A stretch of DNA of 64,000 nucleotides from a virus, in the IMG/VR virus record IMGVR_UViG_3300025789_001072, positions 32,001 to 96,000 of that record; one strand, given 5' to 3'. Position 1 is the first letter of the stretch, and every line of letters starts with the position of its first letter. Below, piece by piece: positions 27,667 to 37,293 of the stretch. The notes under the pieces are model-generated. The model did not search any database and was not told the DNA's origin. It was given only the letters and a program-made list of their open reading frames with translations. Position numbers and translations under genes: made by a program.

Positions 27667-28488
27667 TTACGACGCCTTCTTTTTAGTAGTCGCATAACCC
27701 CATAGATTTTTTTGTGCACCCTGTTTAATCATATCCACAACGGCTGCTTCTGTTGCCAGACGCACTGCGTATGTGGTGGGTTCGTTGACATTTGCACCAG
27801 CCTCGACTTGTAAACTCATCGTACTCTGATCTAGGAATGTGACTACTGTGCCACTTCCACCTGTGCTTAAGATTGTTTTGGTAGCGCCAGCAGAAATTAA
27901 AACCTCACCTGTATGAACGCTGATCAATCTCACAATCACAGTAACCTCGTCGGTTCTATATTGTTGATTTACGCCTATTCCTAACATGGCAGCGCCATTG
28001 CCACCACTTTGTACATTGGTATCATAACCTACGATACCACCTTCAACCATAACACCAGCAATAAGCATTGGTGATAATGGCTTGGCATCTTTTCCTTCAT
28101 AGGTTTCACGTTGGTTGCGAATTAATTGACGCTCTTTAATAAGATCATCTAAACCAACACGTTCTACAACTTGAAACCATTTTCCCTTACCTGCGTCTTG
28201 TAGTGCCTTGATAAGAAATACTTCACCACCCTGTGTTACAGCACTACTTAGCACTGAAAACTTATCATTTTCCTTGCGTTGACCAGTTTTATCACCAAAG
28301 CCATACATTGCAATAGTAATTGGTTGTCCATCTGGCGGTGGCATATTTGCCAACTCATTATAATAACTTTTAGTAACTTTCTGCGGCATGTCGCTTGCAG
28401 CAGTTGGAACTCTTGCTTCATATGGCTGAACAGTGCTACATGCTGCCAGCAACGTGGTTATAATCATTGATACGATAAATTTATACAT
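27667..28488 (-). CDS. csgG: curli secretion channel lipoprotein CsgG
   Basis: lipobox LAAC; DKTGQRK, SSAVTQG, WFQVVER, LIKERQLIR and EGGIVGYD motifs. Confidence 0.93.
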   Translation of the reverse strand: MYKFIVSMIITTLLAACSTVQPYEARVPTAASDMPQKVTKSYYNELANMPPPDGQPITIAMYGFGDKTGQRKENDKFSVLSSAVTQGGEVFLIKALQDAGKGKWFQVVERVGLDDLIKERQLIRNQRETYEGKDAKPLSPMLIAGVMVEGGIVGYDTNVQSGGNGAAMLGIGVNQQYRTDEVTVIVRLISVHTGEVLISAGATKTILSTGGSGTVVTFLDQSTMSLQVEAGANVNEPTTYAVRLATEAAVVDMIKQGAQKNLWGYATTKKKAS

Positions 28489-28937
28489 TAGAACTTGAAA
28501 CTCCCTATTGGAACTGTGATATCTGTACGATTGCCAGTAGCATCAATTACCGTTAAGGCGATAGTCTGCGCAGTGCTATCCTTGATCCAAGAGATAGTGC
28601 TGCCTTCAAATTGCATAGTTCCAGTAGTTGATCCATCGCTAAACATAGCATTGCTAAGTTGCAAACTTAACTGTGCATAGATGCGGCTTTCCAGATTGTT
28701 GAGAAATTTATTTAAATTGGTATTGCTAGCCGCTGCTGCGGCTGCATCTGCTTCTGCTTTTTTAGAAGCAGCAAGAGATTGACGACGAGTATATTCTTCG
28801 TTTTCAATAGTCAGAACATGACTAGAGAATCCATCACCACTAAATTGCGGGTTTTTAAATGCAAATGTCATATCACTTGCGTGAGCAAGTGTGGGAATTG
28901 TCATTAAAAATACACAAAGTGCGCTAATTTTACGCAT
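28488..28937 (-). CDS. csgF: curli assembly protein CsgF
   Basis: signal peptide then SDMTFAFKNPQFSG; C-terminal TGNRTDITVP; adjacent to csgG. Confidence 0.88.
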   Translation of the reverse strand: MRKISALCVFLMTIPTLAHASDMTFAFKNPQFSGDGFSSHVLTIENEEYTRRQSLAASKKAEADAAAAAASNTNLNKFLNNLESRIYAQLSLQLSNAMFSDGSTTGTMQFEGSTISWIKDSTAQTIALTVIDATGNRTDITVPIGSFKF

Positions 28938-28943
28938 AATAAT

Positions 28944-28980
28944 ACCCTTGTAACTAATATTATTTAGTAGTTACAAGGGT
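28944..28980 (-). promoter_or_regulatory. 13-bp inverted repeat enclosing a TAAATA late promoter and masking the csgF RBS
   Basis: ACCCTTGTAACTA-ctaaataatat-TAGTTACAAGGGT, then 6 nt to the ATG. Confidence 0.7.
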
Positions 28981-29005
28981 GTCAAAATATTGGCACTTTA
29001 TTAAT

Positions 29006-29080
29006 TGGCTGGGGAAACTGGACTCGAACCAATACTAACGGAGTCAAAGTCCGCTTTTCTACCGATTAAAATATTCCCCA
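29006..29080 (-). tRNA. tRNA-Gln(TTG)
   Basis: TGGGGAA/TTCCCCA acceptor, anticodon arm GCGGA-CTTTGAC-TCCGT, GCCA end. Confidence 0.95.
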
Positions 29081-29085
29081 ATAAC

Positions 29086-29820
29086 TCAATTTTCTATTGC
29101 TTGTCCATTTGGTGCTACTAGACCTTTAACACCAGTTCTAGCAAACTCTACTACATCCGCCTTTGGCAAGAACTTATACCAAAGATGTTCAATATCTATA
29201 TATCCACCTGCATTAACACGGTCTTGCATATGTTCAACCATGTCTTCAAGAAGTAGAATAAACTCCCCCATACGACTGCCACCAAAACTATAAACACGCA
29301 ACATATGCTGTTGATCTACACCAGTCACACCTGGCGCAAACTGACTTAACATACGCTTGGAAACAACATACTTGTCGCCAACGATATCGTTCTCATAGTC
29401 TGCGGTATTAAACGTATCAGTAAGCATATAACGACCACTTACCTTAAAGATGCGATCACAGCCCTCAAACCAACCTTCTTCCTGTGCCATTTCAAAGAAA
29501 CTATGAACTACTGAAAGTTCAGTAAGATTCTTGACAATATCCTGTACTTCAATGTTATCATGAATCCAAACAACATTTTCATCGCCACTGAAATCCATAA
29601 AGTGATCAACATGTTCAACAAGCTGAGCCTTTACATCATCACTTATACCAGGTTGGCTGCAATCTGTCAAGCAAATAACGCCATTTGGAATACGTGCACG
29701 AACACTGGCAATAGTTTCTAGCGTCTGAGCAAGTCGTTCCTGCGGCTTATAGATTGAGAACTTGGCATTGATGGCACTGGTGATAAACACCCCATATTTC
29801 TTTGTTTTCTTTTTAGACAT
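29086..29820 (-). CDS. hypothetical protein, possibly glycosyltransferase-related
   Basis: ITSAI, ERLxQT, FKVSGRY and DIEH motifs; follows the sugar dehydratase. Confidence 0.6.
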   Translation of the reverse strand: MSKKKTKKYGVFITSAINAKFSIYKPQERLAQTLETIASVRARIPNGVICLTDCSQPGISDDVKAQLVEHVDHFMDFSGDENVVWIHDNIEVQDIVKNLTELSVVHSFFEMAQEEGWFEGCDRIFKVSGRYMLTDTFNTADYENDIVGDKYVVSKRMLSQFAPGVTGVDQQHMLRVYSFGGSRMGEFILLLEDMVEHMQDRVNAGGYIDIEHLWYKFLPKADVVEFARTGVKGLVAPNGQAIEN

Positions 29821-29867
29821 TTTTAAATCTTTCTTTATTAAGATTATAATACAACTATCTGCTGCCG

Positions 29868-30893
29868 CTAAAGCCAGGTATCAGACCTTAAGAGAGTCCA
29901 ATCAACAACTTGCTTAATACGTTCGGTAAGTTCAATCTTAGGTTCCCAACCAAGGCTCTTCATAAATTCACCACTTAAGGAATAACGAAGGTCATGACCA
30001 GGACGGCTAGAATGGAAATCAACCATTTCATAATGTAGTTGTTTGTCTTGCGCATTGGCAATAATCTTGGCAAGTTCAAGGTTATCAATTTCTTGCTTGC
30101 CTACGATATTAAACTTTGGACACTTTGCTCCACCAAACTCTGGTGGCATTGTAAAGTCCTTGAGATCAAGAATAAACATCAAGGCTTCGGCAACATCCTT
30201 AGCATGAATATAGTGACGTGAACCAGGTACTGTGCGAGTTTTGTCACTATGAACCGTGATTGTTTCGCCATCACGAGCCTTGCGAATACACATAGGAATA
30301 AACTTCTCTGGATGCTGACGCTCACCAAATACGTTCATGGTATGCGTTACATAGACGGGCAGACCATAGGTATTTTCATATGCAACCGCAAGTTCTTCAC
30401 CACCTGCTTTGGCAGCACTATACGGATTGCCACTGTTATAGCGATCATACTCACCGTAATTTACACCAACTGGTGCAGGACCAAATACTTCATCAGTTGA
30501 GAAATACACAAAGCGTTCTAAATTATCACACTTACGAGCAAACTCAAGAATATTGCAAGTTCCAACCACATTATCCATAACGAATTCCATAGGATAATCG
30601 ATACTACGGTCAACATGACTGCCAGCGGCCAAATGTAAAATAATGTCAACAGGACCAATGCGAGTTTTGGTAAGAGGATTGATTTCGGCTTTAAGATCAT
30701 GGAAGATTACCTTTACACGTGATCGTGTTTGTGGGCTATGGTCTTGCATCATGTCGTTTAAGCGGTTAAGATTGCCACTAAAATCCAAGCGGTCAAGACT
30801 GATGATATTCCAGTTGGTAGTTTTAAGGATATGATCGATAACATGGGTAGCAATAAAACCTGCACCACCAGTAACTAATACGTTCTTTGACAA
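29868..30893 (-). CDS. rfbB: dTDP-glucose 4,6-dehydratase-like NAD-dependent epimerase/dehydratase
   Basis: TGGAGFI, SHVDRSI, STDEVFG, YSAAK and RPGHDLRY motifs. Confidence 0.88.
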   Translation of the reverse strand: MSKNVLVTGGAGFIATHVIDHILKTTNWNIISLDRLDFSGNLNRLNDMMQDHSPQTRSRVKVIFHDLKAEINPLTKTRIGPVDIILHLAAGSHVDRSIDYPMEFVMDNVVGTCNILEFARKCDNLERFVYFSTDEVFGPAPVGVNYGEYDRYNSGNPYSAAKAGGEELAVAYENTYGLPVYVTHTMNVFGERQHPEKFIPMCIRKARDGETITVHSDKTRTVPGSRHYIHAKDVAEALMFILDLKDFTMPPEFGGAKCPKFNIVGKQEIDNLELAKIIANAQDKQLHYEMVDFHSSRPGHDLRYSLSGEFMKSLGWEPKIELTERIKQVVDWTLLRSDTWL

Positions 30894-30927
30894 TTTATTC
30901 TCCGATTATTGATATTATTATATATGG

Positions 30928-31152
30928 TTACGATACTTTCGTCAATAAATTATTGATGATATCGTTACTAATCTTTTTAGAATGCCCATTTCTATCAACA
31001 AGCACCAACCCAATGCCTGTTGGACTTGCATCATCAGGATAAAACTCTACAGTAGCTTCACTGTCCTTACCACTATCACGCAGATAACGTTTTACCATCG
31101 TCATCATACGCATGTTAATAAACATGTTTTCACAATCAATGACATTATCCAT
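30928..31152 (-). CDS. hypothetical protein
   Basis: 74-aa ORF with AGGTG RBS. Confidence 0.6.
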   Translation of the reverse strand: MDNVIDCENMFINMRMMTMVKRYLRDSGKDSEATVEFYPDDASPTGIGLVLVDRNGHSKKISNDIINNLLTKVS

Positions 31153-31166
31153 GGTTCACCTATCTT

Positions 31167-31337
31167 TCAATTAGTAATGGCAGTAATGCCACAAGCCTTC
31201 ATAAACATACCATAATGGAACCGTGGGTTACTCTGGCGGCAAACCTCTGCAATAGACTGTGCAATCTTTATGCGATTTTCAAGGCTGTCAATACAGGATA
31301 TAGCGGCGGCTAGAACTTCGAAATGTTTTTTACTCAT
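31167..31337 (-). CDS. small hypothetical protein (56 aa, below the ORF-track cutoff)
   Basis: MSKKHFEVLA...NPRFHYGMFMKACG behind a sigma70 promoter. Confidence 0.6.
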   Translation of the reverse strand: MSKKHFEVLAAAISCIDSLENRIKIAQSIAEVCRQSNPRFHYGMFMKACGITAITN

Positions 31338-31386
31338 AGGATACCCTTTCTGTTGTTTGAACCAAGTAATATTGATTCGTATTATT

Positions 31387-31414
31387 AATATACCATATGA
31401 TTAAAATTTGTCAA
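31387..31414 (-). promoter_or_regulatory. sigma70-type early promoter
   Basis: TTGACA-N16-TATATT. Confidence 0.7.
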
Positions 31415-31415
31415 T

Positions 31416-31446
31416 AAAAAAAAGACCGCTGCGAAGCGGTCTTTTT
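31416..31446. terminator. intrinsic terminator
   Basis: AAAAAAAAGACCGCT-GCGA-AGCGGTCTTTTT (UUCG-containing loop on the minus strand). Confidence 0.9.
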
Positions 31447-31493
31447 AACGGACATCTTTAGTTTTGGCTCGTGCCGACGCCGCAGGTTCTTAA

Positions 31494-31907
31494 TTACTTT
31501 GCCTTCTTTGCCTTTGGAGCAGCCGCCTTCTTAGCACGGGGCTTCTTAACTGGTGCTGCTTCTGCCGCTACTTCTGGTATTACGACTGCACTTGGTGAAT
31601 CAACAGTTACAACAACTGGTGCTACTTCAACACGATTTGGGTTTTGATCACTCATTGCCCATTCAGCGTCACTTATGTTTTCTGGCTTAGTTGTTGCCTT
31701 TGGTGTTTCGGTGGCAGTTTCAGCAACATGTAATACTTCGTCCATCTTTGCCGCTACTGCCTGCTCTGCTTCTGCCAAATTTGCCTTGGCTTCTGCTTCT
31801 AACTTATCCAGAGGATCAACCTCTGGTGTCTTGTCTTTATGATTTAGCAACTTGTAAATCACTGCAATAAGAACAGCAAGACCAAGCAATAAAATAATAG
31901 TGTTCAT
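31494..31907 (-). CDS. membrane-anchored protein with Lys/Ala-rich tail
   Basis: N-terminal TM; C-terminal KKPRAKKAAAPKAKKAK; AGGAG RBS. Confidence 0.7.
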   Translation of the reverse strand: MNTIILLLGLAVLIAVIYKLLNHKDKTPEVDPLDKLEAEAKANLAEAEQAVAAKMDEVLHVAETATETPKATTKPENISDAEWAMSDQNPNRVEVAPVVVTVDSPSAVVIPEVAAEAAPVKKPRAKKAAAPKAKKAK

Positions 31908-31969
31908 CGATATATCTCCTTTTTAGATATTTACTATCTATAATATGACATTTAAATTAAAATGTCAAA

Positions 31970-32278
31970 TTATTTGTACGATGGGGAATAAAATTTAAAT
32001 GCCTCTTTCCAAAAAGTGCTGTAAAGATCATTTGAAACCTGTTCTTGCATCTTCTTGAAATGCTTGCCAGCACTAACTTCTTCAACTGACTTTGCCATTT
32101 CACTGGAAATTACGCCCATTGCGCTTGCTGCTGCCTTAACAGCATCCTTTGTATAAGCAGATTGTGCATCAACAAATGCGTTCATGCTCTTTGCAATAGT
32201 TTCGTTCTGCACAAAAGTCTTTACCATAGTCTTTTTTGCGTTCTGTACGGTATCAATAAATTCATCGGTATCAAACAT
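31970..32278 (-). CDS. phasin-like amphipathic helical protein
   Basis: start refined to MFDTDEFIDTVQ (AAGGAG RBS); Ala-rich amphipathic helices; TGC-rich upstream box. Confidence 0.55.
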   Translation of the reverse strand: MFDTDEFIDTVQNAKKTMVKTFVQNETIAKSMNAFVDAQSAYTKDAVKAAASAMGVISSEMAKSVEEVSAGKHFKKMQEQVSNDLYSTFWKEAFKFYSPSYK

Positions 32279-32371
32279 TTCATTCTCCTTTGTTGTGGCG
32301 GTTGCGCCATGGTTTATAAAATCTAATTCATCCACTGTATATGGTTGCATAGAACTGTTCCTTTATTATCT

Positions 32372-32406
32372 TTGCAGTGTAGCACAAAAAATGCTGCACT
32401 GCAACA
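32372..32406. promoter_or_regulatory. PhaR-like operator (TGC/GCA repeats)
   Basis: TTGCAGTGTAGCA-caaaaaa-TGCTGCACTGCAA near-perfect inverted repeat upstream of the phasin-like gene. Confidence 0.55.
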
Positions 32407-32425
32407 TAAATTTATTTATGCTTGA

Positions 32426-33517
32426 TTAAAATAAATCAACGGTTTCCCAAGGCAAACCATCTTTGCCAAAGTGTCCATAATTAGTCGTAGAACTATAGAT
32501 AGGACGGAACAAGTCAAACTTGTTGATGATACCAAGTGGCGTTAAATCAACATTCTCACGAATCCACTTAGTTAGTCCACGACTATCGCCATTGCTTTCA
32601 ACATAGAAACTCATTGGCTGTTCAAGCCCAATAGCATAAGATACCTGAACCGTTGCCCAATCTGCACGACCACTTGCTACAATATTCTTTGCAAGATAAC
32701 GCATCATATAAGCAGCAGACCTATCAACCTTTGTAGGGTCTTTGCCACTAAATGCACCACCACCGTGGGGAGCAGAACCACCGTAAGTATCGACAATAAT
32801 CTTACGACCAGTTAGCCCAGTATCACCATCAGGTCCACCAATAACAAATCGTCCAGTAGGATTAATATGAAATGTTGTACGAGTATCAACTAAACGATCA
32901 GGAAGAACGCTGCGAATAAGTTGTTCTACTCGTGTACGTACCGTATACATATCAGTATCTTCACTGTGCTGCGTAGAGCAAACTACCTTGTCAATACGAA
33001 ATGGATTACTATCATCATTGTATTCAACAGTAATTTGACTCTTGGCATCTGGACCAAGCCAATTACGTCCACTCTTACGATGTTCAGTAAGTGCCTTTAC
33101 AACTTCATGGCTATAATGAATAGCACTTGGCATATAGTTTGGGGTCTCATTGGTAGCGTAACCAAACATCAAGCCCTGATCGCCAGCACCAAACGTATCA
33201 GTGCCAAGTGCAATGTCAGCACTTTGTCCATGCATTAGATTAAGAACCTTTACAGTTCTCCAATCAAATCCACTTTGCTCATATCCAATATCACGAATAG
33301 TATTGATAACGGTTGCTTCAACCAATTGACGATCAAGTTCACCTTTATATTCACCTGCAATAACTACCTGATTGGTAGTGACAAGTGTCTCACACGCACA
33401 ACGATAAGACTTATCCTGCGGTGCCATCATTAAATCTAGAACTGCATCACTGATAGCATCAGCAACTTTATCTGGATGTCCTTCACTTACGCTTTCACTA
33501 GTAAACAGATAACTCAT
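32426..33517 (-). CDS. metK: S-adenosylmethionine synthetase
   Basis: FTSESVSEGHPDK, GAGDQG and GGGAFSGKDPTKVDRS motifs. Confidence 0.97.
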   Translation of the reverse strand: MSYLFTSESVSEGHPDKVADAISDAVLDLMMAPQDKSYRCACETLVTTNQVVIAGEYKGELDRQLVEATVINTIRDIGYEQSGFDWRTVKVLNLMHGQSADIALGTDTFGAGDQGLMFGYATNETPNYMPSAIHYSHEVVKALTEHRKSGRNWLGPDAKSQITVEYNDDSNPFRIDKVVCSTQHSEDTDMYTVRTRVEQLIRSVLPDRLVDTRTTFHINPTGRFVIGGPDGDTGLTGRKIIVDTYGGSAPHGGGAFSGKDPTKVDRSAAYMMRYLAKNIVASGRADWATVQVSYAIGLEQPMSFYVESNGDSRGLTKWIRENVDLTPLGIINKFDLFRPIYSSTTNYGHFGKDGLPWETVDLF

Positions 33518-34543
33518 TTATTTTCCTTTGGTTAATTCTTTGTGCAATTTAAAACTAGCAAGGTTCTTAGCCTTTGCTTCTACTTGTATATCAAAATCGT
33601 TCCATAGTTCGCCAATATAGTTATTGACTGCGCTGTTCCACATAAAGTCACTGTGTGCTCGCAGTGTGCCTTTCTTGTGACCACTTTCCATTAGTGTGGA
33701 TAGATCAGGTCTGCCAACACCAGTGATACCCATAGATTCACGACTAAGAGAGTAATGAAGAGAAGGGCGGACACCCCTCCAACTCTCCTTGACCATTTTA
33801 ATACGGTCGTCAGTTGGAGATAGGTATTCTCCCGAATGAATCCAGTGATGATGAGTATCAAAAACGATAGGCAAGATATCACCCAGAGTGAGACAAGCAT
33901 CAAGTCCATATGTATATTCCTCGTTTTCTATTGTGATGAGATTTCTAGCTTCGGGCGAGAGGCGGTTGTATACGGCTCGTATAGCCAACGGACCACCTTT
34001 GCCGCTAATATGCACATTGATCTTAAAACCGTGATCGTGCCAACTAGAACCAAAACCCATCCAACGAGCCAAGTCAGCATGATATTCAAATTCAGCAATT
34101 GAATTTTGAACAACACTTTCTCTGTCACTAGCAAGGACGCAAAATTGGCCAGGATGAAAACTGACCCTAACATCGAGACGTTTAGCAGCCTCTCCAACTT
34201 TGGCCAGTCGCTTTGCAATGGTTTCACGAAGGTGTTTATCAGTCCAGAAATGGCTCCAAGTTGACTCAGTGTAAACAGGAAGTATGTCGCTACTAAGGCG
34301 TACCATTCGTAATTCTGGTGCAAGTGTTCCCACACGCTCCACCAATCGTAATGTGGCATCTGTATTGTGCTCCATGATATCCCACAATCGTTGCTCGGCA
34401 ACTGCCTTAGTCTGGCGGTTTAACCAAGCCACTGTCGTGGTTTTGTTGTTATAGCGGAGTGCATCATCCTTGGGCTTAAAGCCACCAAGTTGATCCACGG
34501 TGTCAATCCATTTGCAGCAAAAGCCGATACGTTTTTGTGTCAT
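33518..34543 (-). CDS. uvsE: UV DNA damage endonuclease (UvsE/UVDE)
   Basis: RLSSD, HPGQF, TIENEE, DTHHH and RAHSD motifs. Confidence 0.92.
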   Translation of the reverse strand: MTQKRIGFCCKWIDTVDQLGGFKPKDDALRYNNKTTTVAWLNRQTKAVAEQRLWDIMEHNTDATLRLVERVGTLAPELRMVRLSSDILPVYTESTWSHFWTDKHLRETIAKRLAKVGEAAKRLDVRVSFHPGQFCVLASDRESVVQNSIAEFEYHADLARWMGFGSSWHDHGFKINVHISGKGGPLAIRAVYNRLSPEARNLITIENEEYTYGLDACLTLGDILPIVFDTHHHWIHSGEYLSPTDDRIKMVKESWRGVRPSLHYSLSRESMGITGVGRPDLSTLMESGHKKGTLRAHSDFMWNSAVNNYIGELWNDFDIQVEAKAKNLASFKLHKELTKGK

Positions 34544-34549
34544 AATAAG

Positions 34550-34577
34550 AATATAACACAATTAAGCGCAATGTCAA
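34550..34577 (-). promoter_or_regulatory. sigma70-type promoter for uvsE-metK
   Basis: TTGACA-N16-TATATT. Confidence 0.7.
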
Positions 34578-35167
34578 GCAAATAGTTCAGGATAAAGTAG
34601 GGAAATATGAAATTCTTGGTCAGTTGTAATATACGTTTTAATATGTGGAATTAAACTTTGGGCTAAAACTTGGTGTCCATTTGCACTAAAATGGTTTAAT
34701 CTTGGGTCTTCAAAAGTAGTCCAATGCTTGTTATATTCTCGATTATAATCTGCTCTACTGCAATTTATTAATCCACCATTACACAGAATCCATAGTCCAT
34801 ACGTTTTATCTATAAAATCATGTTCAAAGCATGGAATGTTTATAAGTTTAATATTACGCTGTTTGCATATTTCTTGCATATCTCGTAGAATAGAACTAAA
34901 AATATACTTGCTAAAATTTTCATCATCGAGCAACCATTCTCTGCTACCATCTTTATTGTAAAATCTAGTATGCTCAGTATGACAACAAATAATAACATCT
35001 GGATTGTTTTTTATAACTTCTAAAAATTCAAGATATAATTTATATTGTGCCTGACCACGAAATCCAGATTGATGAATTACGGTGAGATTAAGTTCGCTAC
35101 AAAGTCGTTCAATCCAAGTATCTTTGTAATTGTGAGTAAAACTATCACCAATAATAGCAACCCGCAT
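34574..35167 (-). CDS. SGNH hydrolase-like protein
   Basis: IIGDSF and DPRLNHFS motifs. Confidence 0.65.
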   Translation of the reverse strand: MRVAIIGDSFTHNYKDTWIERLCSELNLTVIHQSGFRGQAQYKLYLEFLEVIKNNPDVIICCHTEHTRFYNKDGSREWLLDDENFSKYIFSSILRDMQEICKQRNIKLINIPCFEHDFIDKTYGLWILCNGGLINCSRADYNREYNKHWTTFEDPRLNHFSANGHQVLAQSLIPHIKTYITTDQEFHISLLYPELFA

Positions 35168-35170
35168 TAT

Positions 35171-35824
35171 TTAATTAAACCCTTCTGTTAAAATTGAAAC
35201 GCTATCAAATTCTTTATCACCATTTATAAAATTGTTAATGCATGGAATAATATCTGCTGCTATTATATCATGCTCAGTTGCATCAAAATGATTCAATCTT
35301 AAAATACTTGAATCATATTCTTTATCTTCTCTAGTATGAGAAGTCAGTGTCACTAACCCACCGTCAACAGTTAGCCAAAGTCCATATTTTTTGTCTAAAA
35401 AATCATGTTGAAAACAAGGAACATTGATTAGTTTTATTTTTTTATCCTTGCAAATATTTTGAATGTCAGTTAATAAAAATTTATAAATTTCTTTTGCAAA
35501 TTCTTCATCGTATAAATGATCATAATATTTTTGTACTGCATCATGAAAATCTTTTAATAAAATTTCAGGACCAGTATTAAGTTGAGGTCTAACACTGTAT
35601 TTTGGATGATATAATCTTGATGGTTCGGTATGGCATATTAGTATTATGTCAGGAAGAGTTTTTAAATTTAAAATATCTTTAAATTTTTTATATATTTTAT
35701 ATTCACTCATGCCAGGAAATCCTACATGAATGCTTAATTCTAAATTACATCCATTAACGATTTTCTCAAACCAGGTATTTGTGTAATGAAGTGCAAAACT
35801 ATCGCCAATGATTGCTATCTTCAT
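35171..35824 (-). CDS. SGNH hydrolase-like protein (tandem paralogue)
   Basis: IIGDSF and RLNHF; shares CHTE and KLINxPCFxHDF with its neighbour. Confidence 0.65.
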   Translation of the reverse strand: MKIAIIGDSFALHYTNTWFEKIVNGCNLELSIHVGFPGMSEYKIYKKFKDILNLKTLPDIILICHTEPSRLYHPKYSVRPQLNTGPEILLKDFHDAVQKYYDHLYDEEFAKEIYKFLLTDIQNICKDKKIKLINVPCFQHDFLDKKYGLWLTVDGGLVTLTSHTREDKEYDSSILRLNHFDATEHDIIAADIIPCINNFINGDKEFDSVSILTEGFN

Positions 35825-37287
35825 TAGAATACCACGACATTATGTAACTGAGCAAACCGTTCGGCATCCGCCCATGTGTTTACCAGCGGCTCGCCTTTAA
35901 TGTTAAGACTAGTGTTAAGCAACATTGGACAACGAGTTCTAGCATACCATGCTTCTAAAATTTTGTATGCAATACTTGGTGTAGGTTGATCTATGGTTTG
36001 AACACGAGAGGTGCCATCTACGTGACATATTGCTGGAAAATCACCGGGTGAAAGACAAGCATCTGCCCATTGCATATAATCATGGTTTACTCGCATCCTA
36101 CTATGAAAATATTCACTGAACCAAGGTTTCAATATGATAGGAGCAAATGGACGAAATGGCTCACGCTTTTTGATTTGGTTCACACGGTCTTTTACATCGT
36201 CACCACGAGGATCAGCAAGCAGCGAACGATTGCCTAACGCACGAGGACCAAACTCTGCACGACCATTGGCAATACCTACAACTTGACCTGCTTCTAGCGC
36301 ATCAACGACTGCACGAACATCAACCCTACGGTCAATATTATAACCAAGAAACGCATGATTTAAATGAACATGTTTCTTAGTATGATAGGTAATCGCACCC
36401 AAACTTAACCCACTATCGCCAGGATTTGGTGGCACCCATATATTACTAAATCCAGTAAATGTTTTCAATCGGCTATTTGCCACACAATTTAGTGCGCAAC
36501 CACCCACCAATACAAGATTATCGCTGCCAATTATATCACGAGCATAACGGCAAATTGCCATTAAGTATTGTTCATATAAGGCTTGTGCAGAGGCTGCAAT
36601 ATCTTCTGGCTTCCAACCTTCATCTTTGGGCTTAGTCCACCAACGCATACCACGATGTAGGTTATGCTTAAACTCTATGTGAGGCGGATTCCATACACCA
36701 AAGAACTCATTGAGCATGGCTTTAAGGTGCTTTGGTTCGCCGTATGCTGCCATGCCCATGACAATATATTCTTCTTCATTGGGCTTAAACCCAAGATATT
36801 CTGTGATGGCACTATAGAATAGCCCAATACTTTGTGGATAAACATTGCTCCAAACTTTAGTAAGTTTGTCTCCACGACCACGCCACACAGAAGTACACTC
36901 CCATTCGCCAATAGCATCAATTACCACAATAGCAGCATCGGAATATTCACTAGTATAGTATCCCATAGCAGCATGAGCGCCATGATGAGGTGTGGTTACA
37001 ATTGGTATTTTACCCAAACCATATTTTTTAAGATAGTCGGACAAGTTATAATGTAGTGGACGCTGCCCACTGACAAGATTACGAACCGTTCGTTTCCACG
37101 GTTGTTCGTACCATACTATTTTATCAGGTATGCCATATTGTAGCGCATCGTCAATCAATGCTTCATTTAGATGTGGATCATTCTTTACTCTGCTATACCG
37201 TTCAGCGTGACCAGCAAACAGAATGTTAGACCCGTCAACAACAGCAATACTTGCGTCGTGATTGTTAGCATTGATACCTAATAACAT
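35824..37287 (-). CDS. carbamoyltransferase (NodU/CmcH family)
   Basis: HDAS, ERYSRVK, HHGAHA, GGCALN, EFGPRALGNRS, RPFAP and NTSLN motifs. Confidence 0.95.
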   Translation of the reverse strand: MLLGINANNHDASIAVVDGSNILFAGHAERYSRVKNDPHLNEALIDDALQYGIPDKIVWYEQPWKRTVRNLVSGQRPLHYNLSDYLKKYGLGKIPIVTTPHHGAHAAMGYYTSEYSDAAIVVIDAIGEWECTSVWRGRGDKLTKVWSNVYPQSIGLFYSAITEYLGFKPNEEEYIVMGMAAYGEPKHLKAMLNEFFGVWNPPHIEFKHNLHRGMRWWTKPKDEGWKPEDIAASAQALYEQYLMAICRYARDIIGSDNLVLVGGCALNCVANSRLKTFTGFSNIWVPPNPGDSGLSLGAITYHTKKHVHLNHAFLGYNIDRRVDVRAVVDALEAGQVVGIANGRAEFGPRALGNRSLLADPRGDDVKDRVNQIKKREPFRPFAPIILKPWFSEYFHSRMRVNHDYMQWADACLSPGDFPAICHVDGTSRVQTIDQPTPSIAYKILEAWYARTRCPMLLNTSLNIKGEPLVNTWADAERFAQLHNVVVF

Positions 37288-37293
37288 TTTTCC

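Noticed and set aside
31447-31492. Third member of the tRNA-framed ncRNA family (GCGGCGTCGGCACG...CCGTTAAAAA on the minus strand)
   Set aside because: Too short, with no T-like arm or terminal stem; more simply a 3' UTR before a terminator
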